Shown one piece after another: positions 23,128 to 34,973 of a stretch of 64,000 nucleotides of DNA; position 1 is the first letter of the stretch; the number at the start of each line of letters is the position of its first letter. Source of the stretch: an uncultured Chloroflexia bacterium (GTDB lineage: Bacteria > Chloroflexota > Limnocylindria > QHBO01); NCBI GenBank assembly GCA_963790255.1, contig CAWBOA010000003.1:319730-383729 (forward strand), read 5' to 3'. A model generated the notes under the pieces. That model was not told the origin of the DNA. It did no database searches and worked only from the letters and a program-made list of their open reading frames with translations. The position numbers were made by a program, and so were the translations under genes.

Positions 23128-24123
23128 ATGGCTCTCCGCACGCGTCTCCGCCCCGCGGTCCTCCTGATCGGCGTCCTCGTCGCCTGCAGCGCCCCTCCCG
23201 GCGGGTCGACCGCACCCTCGGCCGAACCGTCGCCGTCCGACATCGCCAGCACCGAGCCGAGCGCGACCGCGCCGGCATTCCCCCTGGCCCTGACCGATGA
23301 TGCCGGCCGCGAGATCACCCTCGCCACGTTGCCCGAGCGCATCGTCAGCCTCGCGCCTTCGAACACCGAGATCGTGTGCGCCCTCGGCGCCTGCGACCGC
23401 CTCGTCGGGGTCACGGACGCCGACACCTTCCCGGCCGAGGTGGCCGAGATCGATGACGTGGTCATCGCCGCCCAGGTCGACCCCGAGCTCGTCGTCGCCG
23501 CGGAGCCGGACCTCGTGCTCGCTGCCGGCAACGAGATCACGCCGACCCCCGTCATCGAGCAGCTCGACGCGCTCGGCCTGACCGTCATGGTCCTGTACCC
23601 CCAGTCGCTGGACGAGGTGTACGCCGACATCGAGATCGTCGGGCGCGCAATCGCCGCAGAGGCCGCCGCCGACGATCTGGTGAGCGAGATGCGCGATCGG
23701 GTCGAGACGATCACGATCGCCCTCGACGGGGTCGAGCGTCCGCGAACGCTCTACGAGGTCTACTACGCCGAGGGAACGATGTACACCGCCGGCGACGGGT
23801 CGTTCGTCGCCTCACTGATCGACGTTGCCGGGGGTGAGCCGGTGACCGGTGACGCGACCGGGCTCCTCGCGCCCGAGGACCTCGTGGCCGCTGACCCGGA
23901 GCTCATCCTCCTCGGCTCCGCCTCATACGATCCTGCCCTGGCCGACGCGGCATCGGCGCTCGACGTGGTCGCGGCGCGGCCGGGATGGGGTGACCTGACG
24001 GCCGTGGCGAACGGGAATGTCATCCCGTTCCTCGAGGACATCGTGACCACGCGGCCAGGCCCGCGCATCGTCGACGGCCTCGAGGCGCTGGCGCGCGCCA
24101 TCCATCCCGAGGCCTTCGACTGA
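23128..24123 (+). CDS. ABC transporter substrate-binding lipoprotein, BtuF/siderophore (cluster A/type III) family
   Basis: Lipobox LVAC|S. PERIVSLAPSNTEIVCALGACDRLVGVTD is the typical BtuF/FhuD-type N-lobe. Confidence 0.85.
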   Translation: MALRTRLRPAVLLIGVLVACSAPPGGSTAPSAEPSPSDIASTEPSATAPAFPLALTDDAGREITLATLPERIVSLAPSNTEIVCALGACDRLVGVTDADTFPAEVAEIDDVVIAAQVDPELVVAAEPDLVLAAGNEITPTPVIEQLDALGLTVMVLYPQSLDEVYADIEIVGRAIAAEAAADDLVSEMRDRVETITIALDGVERPRTLYEVYYAEGTMYTAGDGSFVASLIDVAGGEPVTGDATGLLAPEDLVAADPELILLGSASYDPALADAASALDVVAARPGWGDLTAVANGNVIPFLEDIVTTRPGPRIVDGLEALARAIHPEAFD

Positions 24124-25197
24124 ATGCGCGCTGAGGCCGCCGCACGCCCCCTCGCCCTCGGGCCGAGCATCGGTCGGACGACCCTCGTGCTCGGGGCCGG
24201 GGTCCTCCTCCTGGCCGGCGCGGCCGTCGCCGCGCTCGCCCTCGGGACGAGCGGGGTGAGCCCGGGGGACGCCGTCGCGATCGTCGCGCATCGGCTCTTC
24301 GGCGTCGGGAGCGTGACGTGGCCGGCCTCGGCCGAGACGATCGTGTGGGAGCTGCGCCTGCCACGCATCGCGGGCGGGATCGTGGTCGGCGCCGGCCTCG
24401 CCTGCGCCGGGACGGTGTTCCAGGCCGTGCTTCGCAACCCGATGGCCGACCCGTACGTGATCGGCACGGCGGCCGGCGCCTCGCTCGGTGCCGTCGCGGC
24501 GCTCATCGTGCCGGCGCTGCTGGCGATTGCCGTCCCCTCATGGCTCGGCCTCGGCCTCGTCCAGCTGCTCTCATTCGTCGGTGGGCTGGGGGCCGTCACG
24601 ATCGTCTATGCCATCGCGCGTGGCCGCGCCGGCACGCCGGTGGTCACGCTGCTGCTGGCCGGCTATGCCGTCTCCTCGCTCCTTGCCGCCGGCGTCGCGC
24701 TGCTGATGTTCCTGTCCGGCGACCGGCTCGGCGCCGTGGTGGCCTGGCTGCTCGGGTCGCTGGCCGGCGCCAGCTGGCCGCGCCTCGCCCTCGCCGTGCC
24801 TCTCATCGTGATCTCCTTCGGCCTCATCCTCGTCCGCTGGCGCGCGCTCAATGCCTTCCTCCTCGGGGAGGCCGGCGCCGCGCACCTCGGCCTCGAGGTC
24901 GAACGCGAGAAGCGGGTGCTCGTGGCGCTCGCCGCGCTCGCGACCTCTGCGGGGGTGGCGATCTCCGGAACGATCGGGTTCGTCGGGCTCGTCGTCCCGC
25001 ACCTCCTGCGTCTGGCCTTCGGCCCGGACCATCGGCTGCTGCTCCCGGCGGGCCTCGTCTACGGTGCGGTGCTGCTCGTGGTGGCCGACCTCGGCGCGCG
25101 GCTGGCGGGTGGGATCCCGGTCGGCATCGTCACGGCGCTCATCGGCGCGCCCTTCTTCCTCTGGCTCCTCCGTCGATCGTTGGCGATCCATGGCTGA
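24124..25197 (+). CDS. FecCD-family ABC permease (BtuC-like)
   Basis: LRLPRIAGGIVVGAGLACAGTVFQAVLRNPMADPYVIG...GIVTALIGAPFFLWLL are FecCD/BtuC signatures. Confidence 0.9.
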   Translation: MRAEAAARPLALGPSIGRTTLVLGAGVLLLAGAAVAALALGTSGVSPGDAVAIVAHRLFGVGSVTWPASAETIVWELRLPRIAGGIVVGAGLACAGTVFQAVLRNPMADPYVIGTAAGASLGAVAALIVPALLAIAVPSWLGLGLVQLLSFVGGLGAVTIVYAIARGRAGTPVVTLLLAGYAVSSLLAAGVALLMFLSGDRLGAVVAWLLGSLAGASWPRLALAVPLIVISFGLILVRWRALNAFLLGEAGAAHLGLEVEREKRVLVALAALATSAGVAISGTIGFVGLVVPHLLRLAFGPDHRLLLPAGLVYGAVLLVVADLGARLAGGIPVGIVTALIGAPFFLWLLRRSLAIHG

Positions 25198-26023
25198 GTC
25201 GCGCGTCGCCGTCGCCGAGCTGCGCCGCGTCTCGGCCGGCTACCACCGAGGCCGCGCCGCCCGCGCCGTGCTGGACGGCGTCGACCTGGCGGTGGCGGCC
25301 GGCGAGCTGGTGGCGGTGCTGGGGGCGAATGGGAGCGGCAAGACGACGCTGCTCCGGGTGCTGGCCGGAACGCTCGTGCCGACCGGGGGAGACGTCCTCA
25401 TCCTCGGTCGGCCGCAGCGCGAGTGGACCCGGCTCGAGATCGCGCGGCGGATTGCGGTCCTGCCCCAGCTGGCCGAGCTGCCGGCCGGGCTGACCGTGGC
25501 CGAGGTGGTGGCGCTCGGACGCATCCCGCATGCGACCACGCTCTTCGGGGCCACGCAGCGGGACAGCGACGCGGTGGCCGACGCCCTGCGCGACGCCGAC
25601 GCCGACGACCTCATCGATCGCCCCATCGACGAGCTCTCGGGAGGGGAGCGTCAGCGGGTCCTCGTCGCGCTGGCCCTCGCCCAGGAGCCGACCCTCCTCC
25701 TCCTTGACGAGCCGACGCTCCACCTCGATCTCGGGCACCAGCTCGCGCTGCTCCAGATGCTCAACCGCCTGCGGCGGACCCGGGCGCTGACGGTCATCGC
25801 GGTGCTCCACGACCTGAACCTCGCCGGCGCCTTCGCCGATCGCTCCCTCCTCCTCCTTGACGGGCGCCTCGTTCCGGCGGGCGGTTCGACGGGGCCGATC
25901 GATCCGGACCTCGCGCGGCGCGCGCTCGGCGTCTCGGTCATCGAAGCACTCACCGCCGACGGCGGTCGCGCGCTCGTCGTTTCCGCCGCCGCCCGCCGCC
26001 CGGATGCCGCCTCGAGAGAATGA
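25190..26023 (+). CDS. ABC transporter ATP-binding protein (BtuD/FecE-like)
   Basis: Walker A GANGSGKTT, signature LSGGERQRV, Walker B LLLLDEPT. The start overlaps the permease stop. Confidence 0.9.
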   Translation: MAESRVAVAELRRVSAGYHRGRAARAVLDGVDLAVAAGELVAVLGANGSGKTTLLRVLAGTLVPTGGDVLILGRPQREWTRLEIARRIAVLPQLAELPAGLTVAEVVALGRIPHATTLFGATQRDSDAVADALRDADADDLIDRPIDELSGGERQRVLVALALAQEPTLLLLDEPTLHLDLGHQLALLQMLNRLRRTRALTVIAVLHDLNLAGAFADRSLLLLDGRLVPAGGSTGPIDPDLARRALGVSVIEALTADGGRALVVSAAARRPDAASRE

Positions 26024-26277
26024 ACCTTCCCGCCGTTGCGGGCATAGTTACGGGAAACGGGCGTAATGCGGGGAGGCCGTCGAATGCCTCCCGCCACCGC
26101 ATGCGCCCGGGTGCGACCCGAGCACGCACATCTGCTATGCCATTTCGCGACTCAGGAGGACGCGCAAGGAGGTGGACAGGCAGATATAATCAACGGCCGG
26201 TCGGGCCGGACGTACGCTCGTGCGCGTCCACTGGAGCGCCCGCACACCGTTCCCCACCCACCCACTGGAGGGAGTTA

Positions 26278-28344
26278 ATGAGACGGACCAAGTGGAATGC
26301 GCTCGCATTCCTCTTCTCCGGGGCGCTGCTTCTGGCCGCTTGTGGTCAGACGCCGGGCGCTTCCGATAGCGATGGCGCGGAGCCATCCGGTTCCCAGCCA
26401 GATGCCACTGACGGCACTGGCGGCGAATGGGACGACACCATTGTGATGGCCCTGGATGCCCAGGTCGGCAACATGTCGAATGCCAACACGGACGTCCCCA
26501 CGGGCCGCATCACGGCCCTGATTTACGACTTCCTGTACACCCTCGACGACACCCTGACCCCGGTGCCTCAGCTCGCCTCCGACCTCTGCGAGGTCAGCGA
26601 GGACGAGATCACCTGGACCTGTTCGATCGTCGACAACGCGTTCTTCCACGACGGCTCGCCCATCACCGTGGATGACGTGGTGTACACGTACCAGCTCGCC
26701 ATCAGCGAGAACTGCACGTTCAACCCGTCGGTCTGCCTGGCTCCGTTCCTGGAGTCGGTGACGGCCGTCGATGACTCGACCGTTGAGTTCACGTTGATCG
26801 AGCCCTACTCGCCATTCGCGACGACCGTCCTTCCCGGCATCGGCATCGAGTCGAAGGCCGTGATCGAGGCCGCCTTCGAGGAGTTCTCCGGTGGAACCGG
26901 GGATCTGACCGCCGAAGAGGTCCAGGCCGCCGCCGATGAGCTGACTGCGACGTCCACCGCCGACCCGCTTGACACCGCCGCCTGCGAGGCTGCCGCGAAC
27001 GCCGCGGTTGCGATTCTCGACACGGCCGGGATCGAGCACGGCGCCGTTGAGGACTTCGTCCTCGAGGACGATCCGGAGACGGCGGATGTCGATGAGACGA
27101 CTGATGGCAAGTGCGAATTTGCCGACAGCCTGATCGTCAATACCACCGCCGTGGCCGGCACGCTGGCCTCAGAGGGTGTCGACGCTGTCGCCGCCGCCTA
27201 CCAGCTGCTCAGCTTCAACCGCGATCCTGTCGGGTCGGGCCCCTATCAGCTCGATTCGTGCAGCACCGAGGGCTGTGTCCTCACCGCCTTCGCGGACTAC
27301 TACAACGGCGCTCCCGTCACCGCGACGATCGAGATGCCGATCTTCACCGACGTGGCGACCGCGGCGAACGCGCTCGCAGCCGGTGAGCTCGACTGGGTCA
27401 ACGACCTGACGCCGGACGCCCGTGCGGCCGTCGCCAGCGCCGTCGATGATGGAACCGTCCAGCTGGCCCAGTACAACGACTTCGGCAACTACGACATGCA
27501 GTACAACATGCACGAGTCCACGACTCTGGCCGATGGGTCGGAGTGGCAGGGTTGGTTCTATGACATCAACCTGCGACAGGCCGTGCAGCACTGCATCGAC
27601 AAGCCTGGCCTGGTCGAGATCGCGACCGACGGGAACGGTGTCCCGATCGAGTCCGACATTCCTCCGGCATCGTGGGCCTTCAACCCCGATATCACGGCGG
27701 TTGAGCGCGACGTCGAGGCAGGCAGGGCCCTGATCGAGAGCGCCACCGTCCACACGTGGACGGAGGGTGACGACGGTGTCTACGTGAACGAGGATGGGGA
27801 TCGGCTTTCGGCCCTCGTGCTCGTCCGCGCCGGACAGCAGGACCGTGTCGACTTCATGAATCTGCTCGCGGAGCAGGTGCTTGAGTGCGGCATCGAGATC
27901 CAGGTTGAGGCGGCTGACTTCCAGACCGTGCTCATCCCGTCGCTGAGCTACCCGCACATCCCGCCGGGCCAGACCGAGCCGTTCCACGCCTACTTCGGTG
28001 GCTGGGGCGTCACGCCTGATCCCGATCCGTACGCGCTGTTCCACAGCTCGCAGTGCACGAGCGAGGATCAGCCGGACACGTACAACTACGTGTGCCTGCA
28101 GGACGATGACATCGACCAGTTCATCGAAGATGGCCTGGCCACGTCTGATCAGGCAGAGCGGACCGAGATCTACTTCGGCTACCAGGCGCGCATGCAGGAG
28201 CTGCAGCCGTACCTGTTCGCGTGGTCAAACGTGAACGCGGACGGCCTGTCAGCGGGCATGTCGTACGACGATGGCGAGCTCGAGCTCGACTCGCCGAACT
28301 GGGGCTGGAGGCGCGAGCATCTCGCGAAGGCCGCCGGCGAGTAA
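26278..28344 (+). CDS. ABC transporter substrate-binding lipoprotein, family 5 (peptide/nickel), unusually long
   Basis: ATG follows GGAGGGAG. Lipobox LLAAC|G. FNRDPVGSGPYQL and the C-terminal family-5 pattern are present. About 110 extra acidic residues lie between the N-terminal lobe and the PVGSGPY motif. Confidence 0.8.
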   Translation: MRRTKWNALAFLFSGALLLAACGQTPGASDSDGAEPSGSQPDATDGTGGEWDDTIVMALDAQVGNMSNANTDVPTGRITALIYDFLYTLDDTLTPVPQLASDLCEVSEDEITWTCSIVDNAFFHDGSPITVDDVVYTYQLAISENCTFNPSVCLAPFLESVTAVDDSTVEFTLIEPYSPFATTVLPGIGIESKAVIEAAFEEFSGGTGDLTAEEVQAAADELTATSTADPLDTAACEAAANAAVAILDTAGIEHGAVEDFVLEDDPETADVDETTDGKCEFADSLIVNTTAVAGTLASEGVDAVAAAYQLLSFNRDPVGSGPYQLDSCSTEGCVLTAFADYYNGAPVTATIEMPIFTDVATAANALAAGELDWVNDLTPDARAAVASAVDDGTVQLAQYNDFGNYDMQYNMHESTTLADGSEWQGWFYDINLRQAVQHCIDKPGLVEIATDGNGVPIESDIPPASWAFNPDITAVERDVEAGRALIESATVHTWTEGDDGVYVNEDGDRLSALVLVRAGQQDRVDFMNLLAEQVLECGIEIQVEAADFQTVLIPSLSYPHIPPGQTEPFHAYFGGWGVTPDPDPYALFHSSQCTSEDQPDTYNYVCLQDDDIDQFIEDGLATSDQAERTEIYFGYQARMQELQPYLFAWSNVNADGLSAGMSYDDGELELDSPNWGWRREHLAKAAGE

Positions 28345-28350
28345 CGATCT

Positions 28351-28382
28351 GAAGCGGGGCGCCCACCCGGGCGCCCCGCTTC
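28351..28382 (+). terminator. strong GC hairpin after the SBP gene (attenuator or mRNA-stability element)
   Basis: GAAGCGGGGCGCCC-ACC-GGGCGCCCCGCTTC is a perfect 14-bp stem starting 7 nt after the stop. It is followed by a 12-nt palindrome CCCACCGGTGGG (28391-28402). Confidence 0.6.
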
Positions 28383-28504
28383 GACTTCGACCCACCGGTG
28401 GGTGGTGCCAGCCCGGCACCATCCGCCACCCTCTCGTTCCGGACCAATTGTTCGAGCCAATCGAATGAGGCCCCGACACAGGGGCAGAAACGAGATCGAC
28501 GCGA

Positions 28505-29467
28505 ATGCTCACGTACGTCATCCGACGACTGATCCTCTCGATTCCCATCCTCTTCGGCGTCGCGGTGATCTCATTCCTGCTCGTGTACCTGGCGCCCGGC
28601 GACCCGCTGGGTCGCTTCTTCGCCCCCAATATCTCCCCTGAGACGATCGAGCGCCTGCGCGACATTTACGGGCTCAATGAGCCGCTGCACATGCAGTTCA
28701 TCGGCTGGATCACGAACTACGTACAGGTCTGGCGCCCCGATGCGTGGGGCATCAGCATCACCGCCCGACGCCCGGTCCTGGAGCTGATCTTCGAGCGCGC
28801 GCCGGCGACCCTGCTCCTCATGGGCACCGCCCTTGCCGTGACCGTCATCGTCGCGGTGCCGCTCGGCATGCTGGCCGCCCTGAAGCAGTACAGCATCTCC
28901 GACAAGATCGTCACGACCTTCGCGACCATCGGCTACGCGATGCCGTCGTTCGTGCTCGGCACGTACCTGCTGTATGTCGGCGCCGTGTGGACCGGGGTCT
29001 TCCCGTTCCGCGGCATGACCAGCAGCCTGCGGACCGCGGGTGACCCGCTCGACATCGCCTTCCACATGGTCCTGCCCGTCGCGAGCCTTTCGATCCAGAG
29101 CATCGCCGGCTGGTCGCGCTACGTTCGCGCCACCATGCTCGAGGTGCTCCACCAGGACTACATCCGCACCGCGAGGGCGAAGGGCCTCGGGTCGGCCCGG
29201 GTCAACTTCCGGCACGCGCTCCGGAACGCGCTGATCCCGGTGGTGACGCTGCTCGGCCTCTCCCTGCCGAGCCTGATCGCCGGAGCCGCGATCACCGAGG
29301 CCATCTTCTCGTGGCCCGGGCTCGGATCGCTTGGCCTCCAGGCCGTCGGTGAGCGCGACTACCCGGTGGTCATGGCGTTCGTCCTGCTGGGCGGAATCGC
29401 CGTCGTGCTCGGCAACCTGATTGCCGACATCCTGTACGGGGTCGTCGACCCCCGCATCAAGTACTAG
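28505..29467 (+). CDS. ABC permease (DppB/OppB-like)
   Basis: MLTYVIRRLILSIPILFGV..., the canonical DppB N-terminus, plus the EAA-loop region YIRTARAKGL. Confidence 0.9.
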   Translation: MLTYVIRRLILSIPILFGVAVISFLLVYLAPGDPLGRFFAPNISPETIERLRDIYGLNEPLHMQFIGWITNYVQVWRPDAWGISITARRPVLELIFERAPATLLLMGTALAVTVIVAVPLGMLAALKQYSISDKIVTTFATIGYAMPSFVLGTYLLYVGAVWTGVFPFRGMTSSLRTAGDPLDIAFHMVLPVASLSIQSIAGWSRYVRATMLEVLHQDYIRTARAKGLGSARVNFRHALRNALIPVVTLLGLSLPSLIAGAAITEAIFSWPGLGSLGLQAVGERDYPVVMAFVLLGGIAVVLGNLIADILYGVVDPRIKY

Positions 29468-29478
29468 GAGCGCCACCG

Positions 29479-30420
29479 ATGGCCGGAACGACGTACGACG
29501 TCAGCCAGGTTCAGTTCGAGGACACCGACGACATCGATCGGACCGAGGTCCGCAGCTACTGGACGCTGGCCCGCCAGCGGTTCGTACGCCACCGCCTCGC
29601 GGTGATCGGCGCCATCACGCTCGGCCTGCTCATCGTGCTGGCCTTCGTCGTTCCGTTCATCGCCGGCGACACGGTGCGCGTCAGCGCGAGCCGAAGCTTC
29701 GCGCCTCCGGAGATCTTCAACGAGGATGGCGAGATGACCCTCGCGCTCCTCGGCTACGCGCGAACCGGCTACAACATCTTCGGCAGCCTCATGGCCGCGA
29801 CCGGTACGTCGCTCATGATCGGCTTCGCCGCCGTCCTGATCATCGTGATCATCGGCATTCTCATCGGCTCCGTTGCCGGCTTCGCCGGGGGCTGGGTCGA
29901 CAACCTCCTCATGCGCTTCGTCGACATCGCTCTGGCGCTGCCTGGCCTGTTCATCATCATCGCCTTCGTCGCGTTCTGGGGCGCCAGCATCTGGTCGATC
30001 ATCATCGCGATCGGCATTACCGGCTGGACGCTTGCCGCGCGTCTCGTGCGGGCAGAGTTCCTCTCGCTGCGCGAGGCCGACTATGTCGCCGCCGCTCGCG
30101 CCCTTGGCGCGAGCCCGCGGCGCATCATCCTGCGCCACATGCTTCCGCCCGCCCTGGCCCCGATCATCGTGGCCGCCAGCCTGGGCGTGGCCGACTCGGT
30201 CGTGCTCGAGGCCGCGCTCAGCTTCCTCGGCTTCGGCATCAGCGCCACCCAGTCCAGCCTGGGCACCCTCCTCAACGTCGCGTTCGAGTACCTGAACCGC
30301 GAGCCGTACCTCGTCCTCTTCCCGAGCGTCGTGCTGATCCTCATCGTCCTGGCAGCGAACTTCCTGGGCGACGGCATGCGCGACGCGCTCGACCCGCGAC
30401 AGCGCGTCGAGCAGCGATGA
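29479..30420 (+). CDS. ABC permease (DppC/OppC-like)
   Basis: [23 protein letters not shown] is the EAA motif. There are six predicted hydrophobic spans. Confidence 0.9.
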   Translation: MAGTTYDVSQVQFEDTDDIDRTEVRSYWTLARQRFVRHRLAVIGAITLGLLIVLAFVVPFIAGDTVRVSASRSFAPPEIFNEDGEMTLALLGYARTGYNIFGSLMAATGTSLMIGFAAVLIIVIIGILIGSVAGFAGGWVDNLLMRFVDIALALPGLFIIIAFVAFWGASIWSIIIAIGITGWTLAARLVRAEFLSLREADYVAAARALGASPRRIILRHMLPPALAPIIVAASLGVADSVVLEAALSFLGFGISATQSSLGTLLNVAFEYLNREPYLVLFPSVVLILIVLAANFLGDGMRDALDPRQRVEQR

Positions 30421-31510
30421 CGGCGTCCGCCCGGCACGTCGGCCCTCTCCTGGAGATCAAGGGCCTCAAGACCCATTTCTTCACCCAGGACGGGACGGTC
30501 AAGGCGGTCGACGGGGTCACCTTCGAGATCGGCCACGGGCAGACGCTCGGCGTCGTGGGGGAGTCCGGCTGCGGCAAGAGCATCACCAGCCTCTCGGTGA
30601 TGCGACTCATCGAGCGACCCGGCAAGATCGTCGCGGGCCAGATCCTCCTGAACGGCGACGACCTGCTCCAGAAGTCCGACGAGGAGATTCGCGACATCCG
30701 CGGCGACCAGGTCAGCATGATCTTCCAGGAGCCGATGACGAGCCTCAACCCGGTCTTCACCTGCGGGGACCAGATCAGCGAGGCGGTTCAGCAGCACACG
30801 GCGGCGAGCCCGCGCGAGGGGATGGACCGCGCCATCGAGATGCTGTCGCTGGTGGGCATTCCCGATGCGAAGCGTCGCGCTCGCGAGTACCCGCATCAGC
30901 TCTCGGGCGGCATGCGACAGCGCGTCATGATCGCGATGGCGCTCTCGACCGATCCTGACCTGCTCATCGCCGACGAGCCGACCACCGCGCTCGACGTGAC
31001 GATCCAGGCCCAGATCCTGGAGGTCATGCGCGACCTGCGCCAGAAGAACCGGATGGCGATCATGCTCATCACCCATGACCTCGGGGTCGTGGCCGAGATG
31101 GCCGACGAGGTGGTGGTGATGTACTCCGGCAAGGTCGTCGAGCGCGGCGACGTGCGCACGATCTTCGGGTCACCGCACCATCCCTACGCGCAGGGCCTCC
31201 TCCACTCGATCCCACGCCTCGATGAGCGCGTCGAGCGGCTGGAGGTCATCAAGGGCACCGTCCCGTCGCCCTACAACCTGCCGTCCGGCTGCCTCTTCAA
31301 GCGTCGGTGCCCCCACCGGATGCCGGTGTGCGACACGTCGCCGCCGCTCCGTCAGCTCAGCGAGGACCACGTGAGCCGATGCTGGCTGACGCCGACCGGC
31401 GAGCCACCCGAGGTCGGGGCCGACGCCACGGGCGAGGAGGCCATGCGCGCCTCGGCGCAGCTCACCTCGGAGCCGGTCGAGGAGACCTTCACGACGCAGG
31501 CAACCGCCTC

Positions 31511-31514
<4 letters not shown>
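30417..31514 (+). CDS. ABC transporter ATP-binding protein (DppD/OppD-like)
   Basis: [29 protein letters not shown], and the C-terminal oligopeptide-type extension [15 protein letters not shown] overlaps the permease stop. Confidence 0.92.
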
Positions 31515-32634
<1,120 letters not shown>

Positions 32635-32638
<4 letters not shown>

Positions 32639-33957
32639 CCCTCGGATTCGGGGATCGGCTCGGGGCGATCGCCGGTGCGCAGCTCGATCTGCTCGCTCCC
32701 GTCGGGGCGACGCGTCCGCGTGACGTGGATGTGCGGATGCGTCTCGTCGCCGACCTGCTCCTTGCTCACGCTGACCATGACGTGCTCGTCGACGTCGTCC
32801 AGGCGCTCGGCCTCGGGGAGCGCGGCGTTCGGGACCGTACCGAACACGAGATAGCTGACGAAGACCCACAGCACGGCGATGATCGGGATGCCGAACAGGG
32901 CGCCCCACACGCCGGCCACCTGCGCGCCGACGAGGAGCCCGACGAGGACGAGGATCGGGTGCAGCCCGAGCGCCTCGCGCATCAGGCGTGGCTGGAGCCA
33001 GTTGACGAGCACGGTCTGGACGACGATCAGGATGATCGCGACCGGGATCGCGGCGTTGCCGGCGAAGAGAAAGGCGCCGACGATCGGCGGGACCAGCGCC
33101 AGGGGCGGTCCGAAGAACGGGATCAGCATCGCCAGGGCGCTGATCGTGCCCCACAGGAACAGGTACGGGATGCTGAAGGCCGTGCCCACCACTGCCACGA
33201 GCACCGCCTGGACGACGGCGAGGATGAGCTGGGCGCGCAGGAATCCTCCGAACGCGCGCACGATGCTGCGCTCGAAGAGCGCGGCTTCGTCACGGTATCG
33301 GCGGGGGACGCCAGCCCGCAGGCGGCCGAGGATCCGTCCGGAGTCCATCAGCATGTACAGCGACAGGATGATGATCAGGAAGAACGATCCGAGCGCGGCG
33401 ATCGTCACGCCGGCGATGCCCTCGGCCTGCTGGAGGACCTGGCTACCGAGGTCCTGGACGCCGGCCGCGGCACCCTCGTACAGGCCGGTGAGGTCGATCT
33501 CCAGCCGCCCGAAGTGGAGGTTGCGCTCCCAGTCGGCAAGGGTCGCCAGCACGTCGCGTTCGGTCTGCGGGTAGTTCCGGGCCAGCTCGGCGACCTGCTG
33601 GGTGATCGCCGCGCCAGTGTAGAAGAGGACGAAGCCGAAGACGACCAGCGCGACGAGGTACGTCCCGACCACGACGGGACCGCGCGACGCGCCCAGCCGC
33701 TCCTCCAGCCACGCGATCGGTGGCGACATGACGAAGGCGAGGAGCCACGCCAGGAAGACGACCAGTCCGATCGAGGCGAACCCGCCGATGACGCCGACGA
33801 GCCGATCGGCCAGCAGGAAGAAGAAGGTCAGGCTGCCGAGGACGAGGAAGATGAAGAGCCAGCGCCGCTCGCGCGCGTCGAGCGAGACGCGGTGCGCCGC
33901 AGGCTCGGCGGCCACGTCGTCGGACGGGTCGACGTCGGGCGTCTCGACGTCGGTCAT
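32635..33957 (-). CDS. AI-2E family transporter (PerM/UPF0118)
   Basis: Multi-pass membrane protein with [22 protein letters not shown]...LQPRLM...[13 protein letters not shown], typical of AI-2E. Confidence 0.85.
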
Positions 33958-34973
33958 CGGCTGGCGCCGACGCCGACGGCGGCTCGGACCTCGACCATGG
34001 TGGACTCGAGGATGGGCCTGACCTTGGCGGCGCCGGCCGCGAGGGTCTCTTCGACGACGCCGGGATCGGCCGCGAGGCGCATCCGCTTCTCACGCATCGG
34101 GCGGAAGTGCTCGATGATCCGCTCGGCCAGGAGCTGCTTCGTGTCGACGCAGCCGGTGCGGGCCGTGCGCTCGCCGTCCTGGATCTCCAGGTAGTCCGCA
34201 CCGAAGAAGCGATGGAGCTGGCAGACGTTGCAGACCTCCGGCCGGCCGGGGTCGGTGCGCTTGATGCGCAGCGGGTCGGTGACCATGCTCATCACCAGGC
34301 GCCGGATCTCGTCGGGCTCGGCGAAGATCGGGATCGTGTTGCCGGCGCTCTTGCTCATCTTGCGCTGGCCATCGGTGCCGAGCACGACGGGGGCCTCGGT
34401 GAAGACGGCCTGAGGCTCCGGAAAGATGGGGCCGTAGCGTCGGTTGAATGCGCGCACGACCTCGCGGCTGAGCTCGAGGTGCGCGGCCTGGTCCTTGCCG
34501 ACGGGCACGCGGCTCGCCTTGTAGATGACGATGTCGGCGGCCTGCAGGATCGGATAGTCGAGCAGCCCGAGGCTGTTCTCCTTGCCGTCGTCGCGCGCCT
34601 CCTTGTAGGTCGGGTTGCGCTCGGCCCAGGGGACCGGGACGCAGGTGTTGAAGATCCACGCCAGCTCCGCATGCTCCGGAAAGTCCGACTGGCGGATGAG
34701 CGCGCAGCGCTCGGGATCGAGGCCAACGGCGAGGAGGTCGAGCACCATCTCGTGGGTGAGGCGGCGCAGCTCGCCGCCGTCGTGGACCGTCGTGAGGGCA
34801 TGGAGGTCGACGATCCCGTAGATCGTCTCGTACTCGTCCTGCAGGGCCACGTAGTTGACCTGGGCGCCGAGGTAGTTGCCCAGGTGAGAGGCTCCCGATG
34901 GCTGGATGCCGCTGAAGACGCGATCGCGCACCTGCGGGCGGGCGGCGCTCCGGGCGTCGAGGGTCTGGCTCAT
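33954..34973 (-). CDS. trpS: tryptophan--tRNA ligase
   Basis: FSGIQPSGASHLGNYLGA (HIGH-type motif) and KMSKSAGN (KMSKS motif). Confidence 0.95.
   Translation of the reverse strand: MSQTLDARSAARPQVRDRVFSGIQPSGASHLGNYLGAQVNYVALQDEYETIYGIVDLHALTTVHDGGELRRLTHEMVLDLLAVGLDPERCALIRQSDFPEHAELAWIFNTCVPVPWAERNPTYKEARDDGKENSLGLLDYPILQAADIVIYKASRVPVGKDQAAHLELSREVVRAFNRRYGPIFPEPQAVFTEAPVVLGTDGQRKMSKSAGNTIPIFAEPDEIRRLVMSMVTDPLRIKRTDPGRPEVCNVCQLHRFFGADYLEIQDGERTARTGCVDTKQLLAERIIEHFRPMREKRMRLAADPGVVEETLAAGAAKVRPILESTMVEVRAAVGVGASR

Noticed and set aside
26060-26130. A second cobalamin riboswitch upstream of the family-5 SBP (GGGAAACGGGCGTAAT...CCCGCCACCGC).
   Set aside because: Only a loose resemblance to the B12 core. 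There is no ACUGU core ending, no B12 box and no obvious P2-P6 architecture. The best promoter-like hexamer (TATAAT, about 26184) lies downstream of it. It is kept only as part of the structured-leader observation.
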